The notes: a model not told the origin generated them from the sequence alone. DNA of 64,000 nucleotides from an uncultured delta proteobacterium (GCA_963713045.1 CAVQKE010000005.1:288001-352000), one strand, 5' to 3'; counted from the stretch's first letter, positions 8,420-24,878 are shown. Numbers and translations are program-made.

Positions 8420-10189
8420 TTGTCACTGCCTCCCGGCACGCCAGTCGGTCGCTACGTCGTCCGCCGGAAAATCGCTGAGGGCGGAATGGCAGAGGTGTAC
8501 CTAGCGTCAGCGAAAGGGCCGGCGGGATTCACCAAGGACGTGGTCATCAAGCGCGTCAGGCCGGTGTTGGTGGCTGACCCTGGCTTCGTAAAGATGTTCG
8601 TCTCCGAAGCTCAGCTCGCCAGTCAACTGAACCACCCGAACATTGTTCAGACTTTCGATTTTGACCTGCATGGTGACAGCTACTACCTGGCCATGGAGTA
8701 CGTGCATGGCAAATCCTTAGCCGAGGTCCTGGCTCGTGCCGGAGGAGCGGGACTCAATCCCGTGCTCATTGCGCAGGTTGGGCTCGAAATCGCTCGGGGA
8801 TTGGCGCACGCCCACCGCCTTGAACTTGTCCATCGTGACGTCTCGCCGCACAACATCCTCGTGTCGTTTGAAGGCGCGGTGAAGCTGACAGACTTTGGAA
8901 TCGCTAAGAGGGCCGACCATGCATCGAACAGCGGAATGCTCAAAGGCAAGTTCGCTTACATGGCGCCAGAGCAAGCGCGAGGTGAACCGGTCGACGCGCG
9001 GAGTGACATCTTCTCGCTCGGCATCATCCTTTGGGAGATGCTGACCGGGCGGCGACTTTTCGAAGGGGAGAGCGACCTCGCGCTGCTCCGTGCGGTTCAG
9101 CAGGGGCCCATCGAACTACCCTCAGGGCTGAACCCCCTTTGCGATTCCGAGTTGGAGAGCACCCTGATGCGCGCACTGGACCGAGAACCGGGCGCCCGGT
9201 TCCAGACGGCCGAGGAATTGGAGCGATGCCTATTCCAATACGTGATTGGTCACGCGCGAACCTCTGAGGACACCAGTCTCGGTGCCCTGATGCGCGGTCT
9301 CTTTTCAGAGGAGGTCGGGACAGCCGAGCAGTCGGGAAGAGAGCCGCTCCTTCTGACCCCGAGCAGGGAGAGTCCGGGCAAGGAATCGACCACCGGGCGC
9401 ACGACGCCTAGCCGCCGGCGCCGACGCTCGCGCGTGTTGGGGATGGGAACCGTCGTCATCCTCTGCATTGGCGCGCTGGTGGTGACGGTTGGCCCCTCAA
9501 GCGCGCAGCGCGTGCCGGCGAACGCAAGCCCCAGCCTCGGCTTGCAGGCCCCTCTGGTGGACCTGGCTGCGTGGCTGTCGCTTTCTGAATTGTTGCCCTG
9601 GCCGGTGGCTTTGGTTGCCCTTCTCACAGGCGCTTTCCTCCTCGTTGCCGGAGGTGGAAAGGCGTTCCGAGTGATTGCTTCACCGCTCGGTGCCTTCCTC
9701 GGGTGGCTTCTTGGTGAGGCTCTGGCGGCTCCCTTAGGACTCGTCGGTTACGAGGGAGTCCTCGGCCTCAGCCTGGCCGTCTTGCTCTTCGCTGCCGGTC
9801 TGTTTGCGCCAGCAGTCATGGTGGCCATCGCTTTAGGGGTGCCGGTGGGGCTCGGCTTCGGTGTCCTGCTCGGAACGCCAAACTTTCTGATTGGCTTCCT
9901 CCCGGCTGCGGCGCTTGGAGGAGCAATTGCCGGGTTTCTCCACCGCCCTCTGCGCGCCTTGGTGGCGACGACGGCGGGTGTGGCGATCGGGATGCTCGGT
10001 CTCCTCCGGCTGCTACAGGAGGTCCCGTTTGCTGCTGAGCTGCGCCGAACGCACCCGGGATGGCTTCTCGGTGTAGCCGCGACCTTTGCGTTTGGCGGCG
10101 CATTGCTTCAACTCGCGAGATGGACGCCGTCCGGCGAGCCTTCGGCCGGTGCCCCGGACCAGGGTCTGGAAAGCGATGGCATGCCGTAG
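8420..10189 (+). CDS. Ser/Thr protein kinase with C-terminal multi-pass membrane domain
   Basis: Kinase motifs 'EGGMAEVY', 'VVIK', 'HRDVSPHN', 'DFG' and 'GKFAYMAPE'. The Gly/Leu-rich C-terminus has many predicted TM helices. TTG start. Confidence 0.9.
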   Translation: MSLPPGTPVGRYVVRRKIAEGGMAEVYLASAKGPAGFTKDVVIKRVRPVLVADPGFVKMFVSEAQLASQLNHPNIVQTFDFDLHGDSYYLAMEYVHGKSLAEVLARAGGAGLNPVLIAQVGLEIARGLAHAHRLELVHRDVSPHNILVSFEGAVKLTDFGIAKRADHASNSGMLKGKFAYMAPEQARGEPVDARSDIFSLGIILWEMLTGRRLFEGESDLALLRAVQQGPIELPSGLNPLCDSELESTLMRALDREPGARFQTAEELERCLFQYVIGHARTSEDTSLGALMRGLFSEEVGTAEQSGREPLLLTPSRESPGKESTTGRTTPSRRRRRSRVLGMGTVVILCIGALVVTVGPSSAQRVPANASPSLGLQAPLVDLAAWLSLSELLPWPVALVALLTGAFLLVAGGGKAFRVIASPLGAFLGWLLGEALAAPLGLVGYEGVLGLSLAVLLFAAGLFAPAVMVAIALGVPVGLGFGVLLGTPNFLIGFLPAAALGGAIAGFLHRPLRALVATTAGVAIGMLGLLRLLQEVPFAAELRRTHPGWLLGVAATFAFGGALLQLARWTPSGEPSAGAPDQGLESDGMP

Positions 10190-10390
10190 TGGCTGAGGCT
10201 GGCAACGGTGTTGCGAGCTCCGGACGCTCCCAGACGCAATGGACAGTCGAGGCGTGGACGCCGAGCCTCTCGGCACCTGGCAGACGCTCAAGAGCCACTC
10301 ACCACAACGGTTAGCGCCTTCAGGCTCGCAGCTTGTGTCCCGTCTATGTGTCCAGGTTCGACGCGCTGCGCGGACGTGCCAACGACTTGG

Positions 10391-10877
10391 TTACCCGCGG
10401 CGACAGTGCGGGCAGAGGCCCTCGACCTGGACTCGAACGGTGCGGACCTCGAACCCATGCACATCGTGCGGGGAGGGCCGGAATGCATCTAGCCGGCGAT
10501 CATGGAGATCGAGCACCTTCCGACAGCGGATACAGACCAGGTGGTGGTGAGGGCGGCCGGCGCCGGTTCCGGGAAGCGCCGCCTCGTAGCGTCCATGCTC
10601 GTGGAGGCTGTTCACGTCGCTCACCGCGCCGATGGCGCGCAGCGCTTCGAGGTTCTTGTACACGGTGGCCAGGGACAGGCGAGGGAGCCGCTCCCGCACA
10701 GCCCGGTGGATTCTGCTCGGCGCTGGGATGCTCCCAGGACGTGGCCAGCATGGCGAAGATTGCTCGGCGCTGCTCGGTGACCAGGAGACCATTGGCCCGG
10801 CAATGGGCGATGAAGGCCGCCTCGTCGGCCGTGGCGCGCGTGTGGTCGACAGCACGCACCTTGCGTGCTCGCCTCAT
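10391..10877 (-). pseudogene. Fur/PerR-family regulator interrupted by a 1-nt frameshift (or sequencing error)
   Basis: N-terminal 'GLLVTEQRRAIF...EHPSAEQ' lies in one frame and 'IHRAV...LSLATVYKNL...HHHLVCIRC...CPHC' in another. The minus strand reads CAG-A-ATC, with the extra base at 10711-10712. RBS GAGGAGG precedes ATG 10877. Confidence 0.85.
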
Positions 10878-11077
10878 GTCACACCTCCTCTGGCGACGAC
10901 GGAAGGCTTCACCAGCTCCTCGCCCGGACCGCCGGCGGCCGGGCAGGCCTGGCCTCGGCCCGGACCTCCCGCAGCATCTTGGCGAAGCGACCGCCGTGAG
11001 ATTTCTGGCGCGGCGGACCAGCGTCCCCCAAGGGACTCCGGTTGTTCCTCCGCGTCACCTGCTCCAGCCTTTGGGAA

Positions 11078-13340
<2,263 letters not shown>

Positions 13341-13544
13341 CGACATCGGCATGGACCCCGAATCCAGAGGAGCTAGCACAACCGCGGCCGCCCCCCGGCG
13401 AAGGTGACAAGCGCTCCCCTTCCGGGCCAGCCCGTCAACGGGTAGAGGTCGTCGAGTTTCGGACCTCTTCGAAGGTGATGGCCGGGGCCCTCTGGCGGTG
13501 AGGCTGATATTCGAAAGTCGACGAACCCGTTCGGGGCAACACGC

Positions 13545-13831
13545 ATGAGGAAATGGACTCTCCTTGCGCTCCTCAGCACCCCAGAGGGTGGCAACCGCAC
13601 TACGTGCGTCATGAACTCATCCATGCTTGGCAGAGCCAGACGCTGGGAAATCTGCCGTTTCGCCGCCTCCCCGAATGGCTCGCTGAAGGAATGGCGTACG
13701 CATGGAGCGATGATCCGCGCGGAGTGTTGGAGCAGCCCTTCGAGTCCTACCGCGAGCGCTTCGTCCAGTGGAATGGCGCTCAGGGGACGCAGCAAATCGC
13801 CGCCCGGCTGAGAGCAGAAGTCGCTCGATAG
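13545..13831 (+). pseudogene. Remnant of a secreted HExxH zinc-peptidase-like gene
   Basis: A signal-like start 'MRKWTLLALLS' (ATG 13545) runs out of frame into 'PRGWQPHYVRHELIHAWQ...WLAEGMAY', which carries HExxH plus a downstream Glu. This suggests an internal deletion. Confidence 0.55.
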
Positions 13832-13975
13832 ACCGGTTCCGGTCGCCATGCGAGCCCCCCCGCATTTCGGCCCACGCTTCACAGCTGGTGAGCACCCGCT
13901 TGCTGCATTCTTGCCGCCAGGCCTCCGGGCAAGTGGAAGCATCGGGCTGGCACCAATGGGCTGAAAGGCATCGGG

Positions 13976-14866
13976 GTGAACGGCAGCTTTATGAATTCGA
14001 TTCCCAGCGAGGTGATTTGGTCGTATCTCGTCGGTGGAGCCGTTCTTGCAATCTGGCTGGTCGTCACTGTTTTCCGCGACGATTGGTCAAAGGCGCGAGG
14101 CGTCGACAAGCTGATTCTGCTTGGGCCAGTTTTTTACGCGGCGCCACTCGCGGCCTTTGGCACTGAACATTTCACGCGGACGGAGGCCATTGCGTCCATC
14201 GTGCCAGCGTGGATTCCGTGGCATACATTTTGGGCGTACTTCATCGGTGCTTGTTTTATCGCAGCCGGTGTCAGCCTCGCGACGAGGATTCAGACGCGTC
14301 TTTCGGCGAGCTTGCTCGCTTTGACGTTTTTCTTGTTCGCAGTGCTGATGGACGCCCCAGCTTGGGCACAAGACCCGGGCGATCGGATTGCACTTACGCT
14401 CGCGCTACGCGAACTGTCCTTCAGCGGAGGCGCTCTAGCGCTGGCAGCCAGCCTCACCGAGCCGCCGCGCAAGCCTGGCAGGGACATCCTTGCGACGATG
14501 GCGCGGTACTTCGTTGCAATTCCGGTGCTGGTTTTCAGCTTCGAGCAATTCATGCACGGCGACTATGTTCCCGGCGTTCCGCTGAACCTGGTGACGCCGG
14601 AGTACGTTTACGGACACGCAATTTGGACGTACCTGGCGGCCCCGGTTTACGCACTCGCGGGTACCCTCTTGCTTGTTGGCAAGAAAGTCCGCGCAGCGGC
14701 AACGTGGCTTGGCTTGACAGTGCTTTTCTTGGAGTTGTTCGTCTATCTGCCGATCGCAGTCGTGCAACGCGCCAGCCTGGACAACGGTCTCAATTACTTG
14801 GCAGACACCCTGATGTTTTGCGGAGCCGTTTTGCTGCTCGCGGGCGCCATGCCGCGCGAACCATAG
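13976..14866 (+). CDS. Tandem DoxX-like integral membrane protein
   Basis: About 8 hydrophobic segments and internally duplicated halves ('FGTEHF..VPAWIPWHTFWAYF' / 'FSFEQF..TPEYVYGHAIWTYL'). True start may be ATG 13991. Confidence 0.75.
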   Translation: MNGSFMNSIPSEVIWSYLVGGAVLAIWLVVTVFRDDWSKARGVDKLILLGPVFYAAPLAAFGTEHFTRTEAIASIVPAWIPWHTFWAYFIGACFIAAGVSLATRIQTRLSASLLALTFFLFAVLMDAPAWAQDPGDRIALTLALRELSFSGGALALAASLTEPPRKPGRDILATMARYFVAIPVLVFSFEQFMHGDYVPGVPLNLVTPEYVYGHAIWTYLAAPVYALAGTLLLVGKKVRAAATWLGLTVLFLELFVYLPIAVVQRASLDNGLNYLADTLMFCGAVLLLAGAMPREP

Positions 14867-15003
14867 CGTGGAGAAATCGCCACGCCGGTGCTCGCCCGGC
14901 TTCGGAAGTTGGGCCTAAATGCGTAGCACTCGACTGCGCGCCGATAGCCTCAGAGTGACGGAGCCCTTCCCCTCCGAGCGAGTCGAAAATCTCAGTCGCT
15001 CGC

Positions 15004-16659
15004 TCATGGGTTGCACGTTCCATCTGTAATCTGCCCCGAGCAATATTGGATGACTTGATAGGCAGTCGCAAAGGTGTTGTTGGCAGAGAGATAGTCGTTG
15101 AGACTCACGTTGGAAACGTCAAACAACGCAATTCCGTAGTCGTTGTTGGCGGTACCATAATTGATGAAATTACAATTGGCGATGACAGGACCCAAGGGTC
15201 CATTCGCCGTTTGTTGTCCATCGCCCATGGCGATTTCCCCGGTTCCCGTGGGCCCAGAATTATTCACCGCTGCAGCCCACTCGATGGTGGCGTAACTTAA
15301 TGAAGAGCCCGTGCTCTGGTTGGCATTTGTGCACCAGAAATTGAGGCCAGCCCAATCCCCTAGCCCGGGGCTCGCCGCGCCGCTGGTGAAAGTGATGGAA
15401 TTTCCTGCCGACCCAGCGGCGACCAAATAACTGTTCCCATTGGACTGGTTGTTGGAACCAGCCGGTGGCGGGTCGACGTCCAATTCGGTGCCTGAGGCGA
15501 ACTCGACCGTGTTGGGAGCGGCGATGGTGAGGGTGTCATCCGGGCCAGTCGGGCCTGAGGAGATGACCTGCACGGTGGTCTCGATGAAATAAGGCAGCGG
15601 GATGGCGGGCCAGGTCGTGCTTGCTGCGACGAGGCAGAATTGGTTAACAAACGTCTGAATTTCCACCACGGCTGAAGCGCTGGTCGAAGGTGTCGCGGAA
15701 ATGGTCGTTGGAACTGTTCCCCCCTCATTCGCCTCGATGACCAAGGGGAAGTGCTCAGTCAATTCCCAGTTCATGACGCTGATGTAACCCGAGTTCGGGC
15801 CAAACCCCGTGTCCAGCCCGGCGAACACCAGGCCGTGGCCAGCGCTGTTGTGGACCGTGACGTAACTGAGCAGTGGGGCGGGAGTTTGACTGGCGCTCCC
15901 ACTCAAGACATCTCCCCCTTCAACGGTCAGCCCAGCGGCATCGGTGTTTGGTAAGTCGTTGCCCCCTGCGCCCCCCGCGTAGTTGATGGTGACGTACTCC
16001 ATCGACGTGCCGCCGCCCTGGGGCCCAATGAGAACTCCGCCCCAATCACCCGGGGCAGGAGACGAGGACTCGGAAGTGAGGAGGATGCCGGATGCGCTGG
16101 TTCCATTCGCCACCAGCGAGCCGGGTTGCCCGTCCGCTCCGACACGGAGGGCGGCACCGTTGTTTCCGCCTGTACCGGGCGCGAACTCGACGGTCGTCCC
16201 TGGCAGGATGGTGAGCACCGGGCTGCTCGACCCGCCGACGGTGACGGTCGCCGCAGCCGTCCAAATACAACTGTTGTCGAGGGTCATGTTGGAGGTGACC
16301 GTGGAAGGGAGGAGGCAAGGGGCGAGATAACGGAATCCGCTGGGGAGCACCGCGGACTGGCTGTCTGGATTGGTGACGGTCACGTCGACAGCTCCCGCTG
16401 CCCCCGCGGGGGTGACGGCCGAAATGCTTGCCGCACTGTTGATGGTCACTCCCGTCGCTGGCGCTGAACCAAAGTGGACGCTTGCGCCGACTTGGAAATT
16501 GGCTCCGGCAATGGTGACGGCTGTGCCGCCTGCAGTCGAACCCGAGTTCGGCTGAACACTCGAAAGGGAGGGAGGCGGGGCTAGGTTCGGAGTGGAACTG
16601 CATGCGGCGAGAAATGACAGGACTCCGCCCACCACCAGTCGTATTGAAAGACGTCTCAT
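15004..16659 (-). CDS. Lipoprotein with IPT/TIG domain and beta-helix-like repeats
   Basis: Lipobox 'FLAAC', IPT-like 'SVQPNSGSTAGGTAVTIAGANF...VDVTVTNPD', and two 'GDWxG' repeats. RBS GGGGGAGAGG precedes ATG 16659. Confidence 0.8.
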   Translation of the reverse strand: MRRLSIRLVVGGVLSFLAACSSTPNLAPPPSLSSVQPNSGSTAGGTAVTIAGANFQVGASVHFGSAPATGVTINSAASISAVTPAGAAGAVDVTVTNPDSQSAVLPSGFRYLAPCLLPSTVTSNMTLDNSCIWTAAATVTVGGSSSPVLTILPGTTVEFAPGTGGNNGAALRVGADGQPGSLVANGTSASGILLTSESSSPAPGDWGGVLIGPQGGGTSMEYVTINYAGGAGGNDLPNTDAAGLTVEGGDVLSGSASQTPAPLLSYVTVHNSAGHGLVFAGLDTGFGPNSGYISVMNWELTEHFPLVIEANEGGTVPTTISATPSTSASAVVEIQTFVNQFCLVAASTTWPAIPLPYFIETTVQVISSGPTGPDDTLTIAAPNTVEFASGTELDVDPPPAGSNNQSNGNSYLVAAGSAGNSITFTSGAASPGLGDWAGLNFWCTNANQSTGSSLSYATIEWAAAVNNSGPTGTGEIAMGDGQQTANGPLGPVIANCNFINYGTANNDYGIALFDVSNVSLNDYLSANNTFATAYQVIQYCSGQITDGTCNP

Positions 16660-17290
16660 TGCCTCTCCCCCTTCAGTGGCTTTGGCCACAAGTTTCGAAC
16701 CAAGTGACGCCGGTTGAGCGTTGCGAAAAACGAAAAAGCTTTGGCCTCGGACGGCCAACCTCGAGGTGGCGGGCCACAGAAGGTGGAGACCGAAGAAGGC
16801 GAGGCAGCCGCGAATGGATTGCCGCTGAAGAGTCCTCTCGAGCGCCGCCGGCAAACGCGCGATGCCTGGCGACTGCAGCGTCGAGGACGCCTCTCCATTT
16901 CGTCGCCTGCGGCTGCCTCATGTTTGAGCGCCCAACGCTCCTTTGGGGACGTCCTGGGGACGTCCGTCCTTCCCTGCGTCACTAGACGCTTGGACCAGGC
17001 ACTTTTTCTCACGCTGGGTTTTCGTGAACGCCGGCACCGGTCCTTTGGTGTCCCGAGCACCCCACCTATCGGCGCAGTGACCAACAGCGCGCCGTGGCAG
17101 CCGAGGGGTATGGCTGCTGGACGCGGTCTGCGCCTGGCACTTGCAACAGGGGCGCTGCATGCCAGCCGTGGCGCACGACCCCAACTGCCGACCGCATGGT
17201 TACGGTCGGGTCGGCGCGACCGACGGCGCAGCCCGCTTCCCTGAGGCACGACCGCGAACCGGCGAGTGAGCTGCCTGGCTCTCACCCCCG

Positions 17291-18323
17291 ATGGACCTAA
17301 ATCCCCACCCCTTGGGACGAGCGTCGGGTTTCTGGCTGCTCGCGCTCTCGCTGCCCTTCCTCGCGTGCTCTCGTTCGGCGTCGCTCGCGGCCCCCGACGC
17401 GGGGCCCGAGAGGGCGGTCCGACTCGTCGAGCAGCGTACCGAGCGAGGTGTGGACCCGGTCCCGGCGGTGCTCCAGGCCATTCGCCGTGCAACGCTGTCC
17501 ACGCGCATTCCGGCGCGGGTCACCCATGTGTACGTCGCGGCGGGAGACTCGGTGCAGGCCGGGCAACTGCTCGTCACGCTGGCCGACGACGACCTCCGGG
17601 CTCAGGTGGCCGGCGCTCAGGCGAGCTTCGCCACCGCCGCGGCGCACGAGCGGCGACTGACGCTGCTCACGCAGCAGGGCGCGAGCCCTCGGAGCGAGCT
17701 GGAAACCGCCCAGGCGCAGCGCGCGCAGGCGGAAGCCGCCCTGCGGGCCGCCGAGGAATCCCTGCGCTATACCCAGCTGCGTGCCCCATTCGAGGGTCGA
17801 TTGCAGGCGAAGCGCGTCAACGAGGGGGATTTCGTCGTGGCTGGCACCCCCCTTGTCGAAGTCGAGGGGCGCGAGCTGGAACTCGTGGCCAGCCTTTCGG
17901 CCCAGCAGGTGGCGGGACTGGTGCACGGGCGGTGGGTGGACTTCGAGGTGGGGCAGCTCCGCGGCCACGCGGTGGTGACGGCTGTGGCGCCCGCCGCCGA
18001 CTCGCTTGCACACCGGGTGGAGGTGCGTGCCCGCGTCCTCGGGGCTCCACCAGAGCTCCGGGGCGGGCTCTTCGCCCGCCTGCTGCTGCCTCGACCGGAG
18101 GAAAGCGGTGGGAGCGACGTCTGGGTCCCGTCCACAGCGCTGGTCCAGCGAGGCGACCTGCGCGGCGTCTTCGTGGCGGCCAACGGACGGGCCGAGCTCC
18201 GCTGGGTGCTGGCCGGGGACGTGGTCGATGGAGCCGTTGCAGTCCGGGCGGGACTCCTCCCGAATGAGGCCATCATCGACCAGCCAGGAGACCTCGTCGA
18301 CGGGCAGCGGATTGAGGTGGCGC

Positions 18324-18334
<11 letters not shown>
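17291..18334 (+). CDS. RND efflux membrane-fusion (periplasmic adaptor) protein
   Basis: Lipoyl/hairpin motifs 'VAAGDSVQAGQLL' and 'LRAPFEG...NEGDFV..GTPL'. Possible lipobox 'FLAC'. Confidence 0.9.
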
Positions 18335-21580
<3,246 letters not shown>

Positions 21581-21584
<4 letters not shown>

Positions 21585-22219
21585 GCATCGAGCGGACGGT
21601 TCGAGCTTTTGGGAGCCGCACCCCCCGGCTGCGTCAACCAGCCTTGGACCGTCCCAGGGCAAGAGGGTGGGGTCTCCTCGCAGCCGGTGCGGTGGTGCTC
21701 GGTGCGTCGGCGCCAGTCCCCGCGTCTCGCCAGCGCGTCGAGCCATTCGCCTCGGAGGCTGACCAGGCCATTGCCATTCTGCGGAGTAGGCTGCTCCAGC
21801 GGCTGACGGAGGCGATGGCCCAGGGCGGCGCTTCGGGCGCCATTGACGTCTGCAGCACCGAAGCGACGCGGCTGGCCACTGAGGCCGGTACCAGGCAAGG
21901 AGTCGAGGTGGGGCGGACCAGCTTCGCCCTCCGCAACCCCGGCAACGCTCCCCGGGCGTGGGCGGCGTCCACCGTCAACGCGGCGGCAGGCAAGAAGGCG
22001 GCGGAGGTTGGCCCGACGGTGTTCGACCTCGGAGACCGCGTGGGCGTGCTTCAACCCATCCCGGTAGGCAGCCTGTGCCTGGCTTGTCACGGCATGCGCG
22101 TCTCGCTGAGCCGCGATGTCAGCGCGGCGCTGGCGATGCGCTACCCCACCGACCGCGCCGTGGACTTCCGAGAGGGAGACCTACGGGGCTTCTTCTGGGC
22201 CGAGGTGAGGAAGCACTGA
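21581..22219 (+). CDS. DUF3365-family monoheme c-type cytochrome
   Basis: Motifs 'AIDVC', 'RTSFALRNPGNAP', CxxCH 'CLACHG' and 'YPTDRAVDFREGDLRGFF'. GTGA overlap with the RND stop. Confidence 0.85.
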
Positions 22220-22246
22220 CCGCGCCGCGCTCGACTACGCGCAGCC

Positions 22247-23005
22247 TCAGTGCTTCGCCAGCTCTACCTCCAGCGCTTCACGAGAAACCTCGCCGGAACC
22301 GCGCCAGCGTTCCTTGCCGTCGACGTACACCACAAAGACCGGAACGCCCTGGATTCTCTCGCTCACCGCGAGGGCTTCGCTCTCCCCGATGTCCACGCGC
22401 AGCACGGTCGCCCTTCCCTTCCAGCTCTCGGCAATGGCGTCGATGACTGGGCTCATTCTGCGGCAGCTGTCACACCACTGCGTCTGGTAGTCCACCAGGA
22501 CGCGTTTATTTGCCCTCAACAGCGCATCGAGCGCCTTGGGGTCCATCGCCTTCTCACCGCCCGCCACCGGCGGCGCGGACTGCTCGATGGGGTAGCCCTC
22601 GCGCGCCCAGGCCCCGATGCCCCCTTGCAAGTCATAGACCTGGGTAAAGCCAAGCTGTGCCATCATCTCCGCGGCTGCACCGCTGCGCTTTCCAGAAGCG
22701 CAGTAGACAAAGATGGGCTTGTTCTTCGGCAGCAAGTCGACCTTTTGCTTGAACTTCGGGTCGTGGAAGTCGATGACGCTCGCATTCGGAAGGTGTCCCC
22801 CCGCCACTTCGCCGGGCGTCCGGACGTCGAGGTAAGTCCCTCCCGTCTGCGCGGCCAGCTTCCGGAACTCCTGGGCACCGAGATGCGAAACATGCGACGG
22901 CCCTTGCATCGACGTCTGAGTGGAGGCGCCAGCAGTAGCCTCCGCTTTGGCACAACCTGCGAGGAAACCCAGCGCGAGGAAACCGAGAAGGCGACAAGAG
23001 GGCAT
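22247..23005 (-). CDS. Lipoprotein: rhodanese domain fused to thioredoxin domain
   Basis: Lipobox 'LAGC'. Rhodanese 'LDVRTPGE..GGHL' with active loop 'YCASGKRS'. Thioredoxin 'WCDSC' with cis-Pro 'GVP'. Confidence 0.85.
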   Translation of the reverse strand: MPSCRLLGFLALGFLAGCAKAEATAGASTQTSMQGPSHVSHLGAQEFRKLAAQTGGTYLDVRTPGEVAGGHLPNASVIDFHDPKFKQKVDLLPKNKPIFVYCASGKRSGAAAEMMAQLGFTQVYDLQGGIGAWAREGYPIEQSAPPVAGGEKAMDPKALDALLRANKRVLVDYQTQWCDSCRRMSPVIDAIAESWKGRATVLRVDIGESEALAVSERIQGVPVFVVYVDGKERWRGSGEVSREALEVELAKH

Positions 23006-23104
23006 GGGGACCTCCTCCAATTTCCAAGGCGAGCTGCACCGAAGAGAACGGGGCATGGTAGCCCCAGCCTGCTGGGGTGAACATCCCTACGAGCCCCCGC
23101 CGCC

Positions 23105-23603
23105 TTAGAAGGGTTTGGAAAGCTGACGGAATAACGTTTCGACCAGGGCCGCGTCACCGTTCTTCATGTCAATGGTGCCTCGACCGTAGAACCAGCCCTC
23201 CTTCTCCGTCAGCAGAAACGGCGCTACGGACCAGTCCTCCGGCTTGGCCTCGACAACATCGAGATGTCCGAGAAAGAGGATCGGCCTCCCCTGGCCCTTA
23301 CCGCGGGAGTGGACGACGAGGTTTCGCTTGGTAGGGCAGTCAGCCGGGGCGATGGTCACCGAGTCCTTGGCAGCAAACCCGGCGGCCAAAAGCCGGCGTT
23401 CAATTGCTTTTGCAGCTTCGGTGGAGCCTTTCTCGTGGGTGGTGTTGATCTCAATCAGTTCCCTAAAGATTTCGCGGGCGAGTTGTTGGTCCGCAGACGG
23501 TGGAAGTGGTCGCGGCGCTGCAGCCGAGGAGTTGGAGGCCAGGCACAAACAGCAGAACGGAGGCTCCGGAAATGACGAAGCGGCTCACGAAATCCTGACA
23601 CAC
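23105..23603 (-). pseudogene. Truncated M20/M25/M40 metallo-hydrolase (N-terminal third)
   Basis: Motifs 'ELIEINT', 'GHLDVVEA' and 'FYGRGTIDMK', then a stop at 23105 long before the usual ~450 aa. A signal-like segment from GTG 23603 is out of frame. Confidence 0.8.
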
Positions 23604-23740
23604 GTTGCCCCCCTCGAAAATCAGTTGCCTGCAGCGGCCAGACAGTAGCCAACGTTGAGCCAGCGCGCGCCCTCGCGGGCCGCGTACACCCCAGTGATTG
23701 AGTCCGCTCGCGCCGCCTACCACTCCAAAATCGTTGCGCA

Positions 23741-24216
23741 TTGCTTCGGTCTTCTTCCCAGGCCGCGGTGTCGGGCTCTCGCTCTCCGGTATTTCTCCAC
23801 GCGCCGCGGCCGCGGCGGTTCTGCTGCTCGCGCGTCCAAGGGGCATACTCCGAGCCGACTCACTTCCAGGCTCGCCGGGGCGCAGCGCGTGCTCGGGCCC
23901 GACTGCGCGTCCTGAGCGGCCGGTCACTCGCGGATGACCCGCATTCCCTTCCAGCCAACGACACGGCGGACGAGCGAAAGCATCTGCTCCTCCCTGCCCG
24001 CCGGCACGGTGTACCTCGCATAGAAGCCCCACCCGCGTCGTTCGTCGACCCAGGCATACGCGACGTCGAGCCGGTCGGCCGCGAGACGGATCTGCAGCTC
24101 CTCGCAGGCGAACCGCAACTGACCGTCGGAGCACGTCCCGAGCATCGCGGCGGGAAGGGGCACGCCGCGGGTCGGGTACCGCTCGAGGGCCTTCCGGAGG
24201 AAGTCCACGTCAATCG
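23741..24216. repeat. Direct repeat R, copy 1 (partner 33556-33978)
   Basis: Near-identical by eye, from 'ttgcttcg..tcttcc' to 'aagtccacgtcaatcg'. Confidence 0.95.
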
Positions 24217-24409
24217 GCCGACCAGTCGACACGTGGAGAACGACCACGACCGCTGTCGGGTCCTCGGGGTCGTGCGCCGCGACGTTCGCGGAGGGGACCT
24301 CGATCAGGACCCATCCCGGCGGCACCACCCAGACCACTTCCTGCCGAAAGTCCTGGCCTCCGTCGGCAACCGATAGAGCCGCGAGCACCAGTAGGCAGGC
24401 TCCATTCAC
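23924..24409 (-). CDS. Small hypothetical exported protein (161 aa)
   Basis: Signal-like 'MNGACLLVLAALSVA'. The C-terminal 94 aa are duplicated at 33686-33970. Confidence 0.6.
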   Translation of the reverse strand: MNGACLLVLAALSVADGGQDFRQEVVWVVPPGWVLIEVPSANVAAHDPEDPTAVVVVLHVSTGRPIDVDFLRKALERYPTRGVPLPAAMLGTCSDGQLRFACEELQIRLAADRLDVAYAWVDERRGWGFYARYTVPAGREEQMLSLVRRVVGWKGMRVIRE

Positions 24410-24699
24410 CTTAAGCAGTTTCGCGACGATTCAGCGCGCGTGCAACCCGGGAGCCCACCGTTCGGTGGTACACCGCAGTCGGAAGTGGCACCTGTGATGG
24501 AGTGCGGTTCAGAGGCGCGGTCTCAATCTTCTTGGCTTCGAGGAGGTTGGGGCCCTGGTCCTTCCGGTAAAATCTGCTGGTCAGTTCCAGGTCCGGTAAC
24601 AGCCGCCCACGGATTAGATGGTCTGGGGGCATAGTTGTGGGTCTGCGGCGCGGGTTGGTCTGGACACCCAAACCGTAGCCGGGGTCACCCTGGGGTAGG

Positions 24700-24780
24700 C
24701 GCCTGGCGATTTCCCGGCGCACCCGTGTGACTTGGCTCAAGGACGCTGGCCTGCGTCGGCCTCGCAAATCCGGGGCGTGA
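24700..24780 (+). pseudogene. 3' remnant of the sigma54 activator HTH
   Basis: Translates RLAISRRTRVTWLKDAGLRRPRKSGA* versus RLGISRRTLVTWLKDSGLPRPRKSGA* at the end of 30261..31991 (22/26 identical). An in-frame stop lies shortly upstream. Confidence 0.9.
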
Positions 24781-24787
24781 GCTGTGC

Positions 24788-24827
24788 TGCGCTAATTGCG
24801 CAGCTGAGTCGTTGCGCAGATTGAGCA
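24788..24827. promoter_or_regulatory. Twin palindromic upstream activator sites, copy 1
   Basis: TGCGC-TAATT-GCGCA (24788-24802) and TGCGC-AGATT-GAGCA (24813-24827), 25 bp apart, upstream of a sigma54 promoter. Confidence 0.7.
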
Positions 24828-24878
24828 GCGCCGGCGGACCTGGCCGGGGAACGAGCCGAATTAACGGGCCACCTCGCC

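Noticed and set aside
16660..16790. Possible c-di-GMP riboswitch upstream of the IPT lipoprotein (repeated GGCCAAAGC)
   Set aside because: I could not build the conserved P1/P2 architecture by eye. An Infernal/Rfam scan would be needed.
23695..23722. tRNA-3'-end-like string (ttgagtccgctcgcgccgcctacca) just before repeat R1
   Set aside because: The spacing from T-loop to CCA is 3 nt too long and I can build no cloverleaf. At most a degenerate att remnant.
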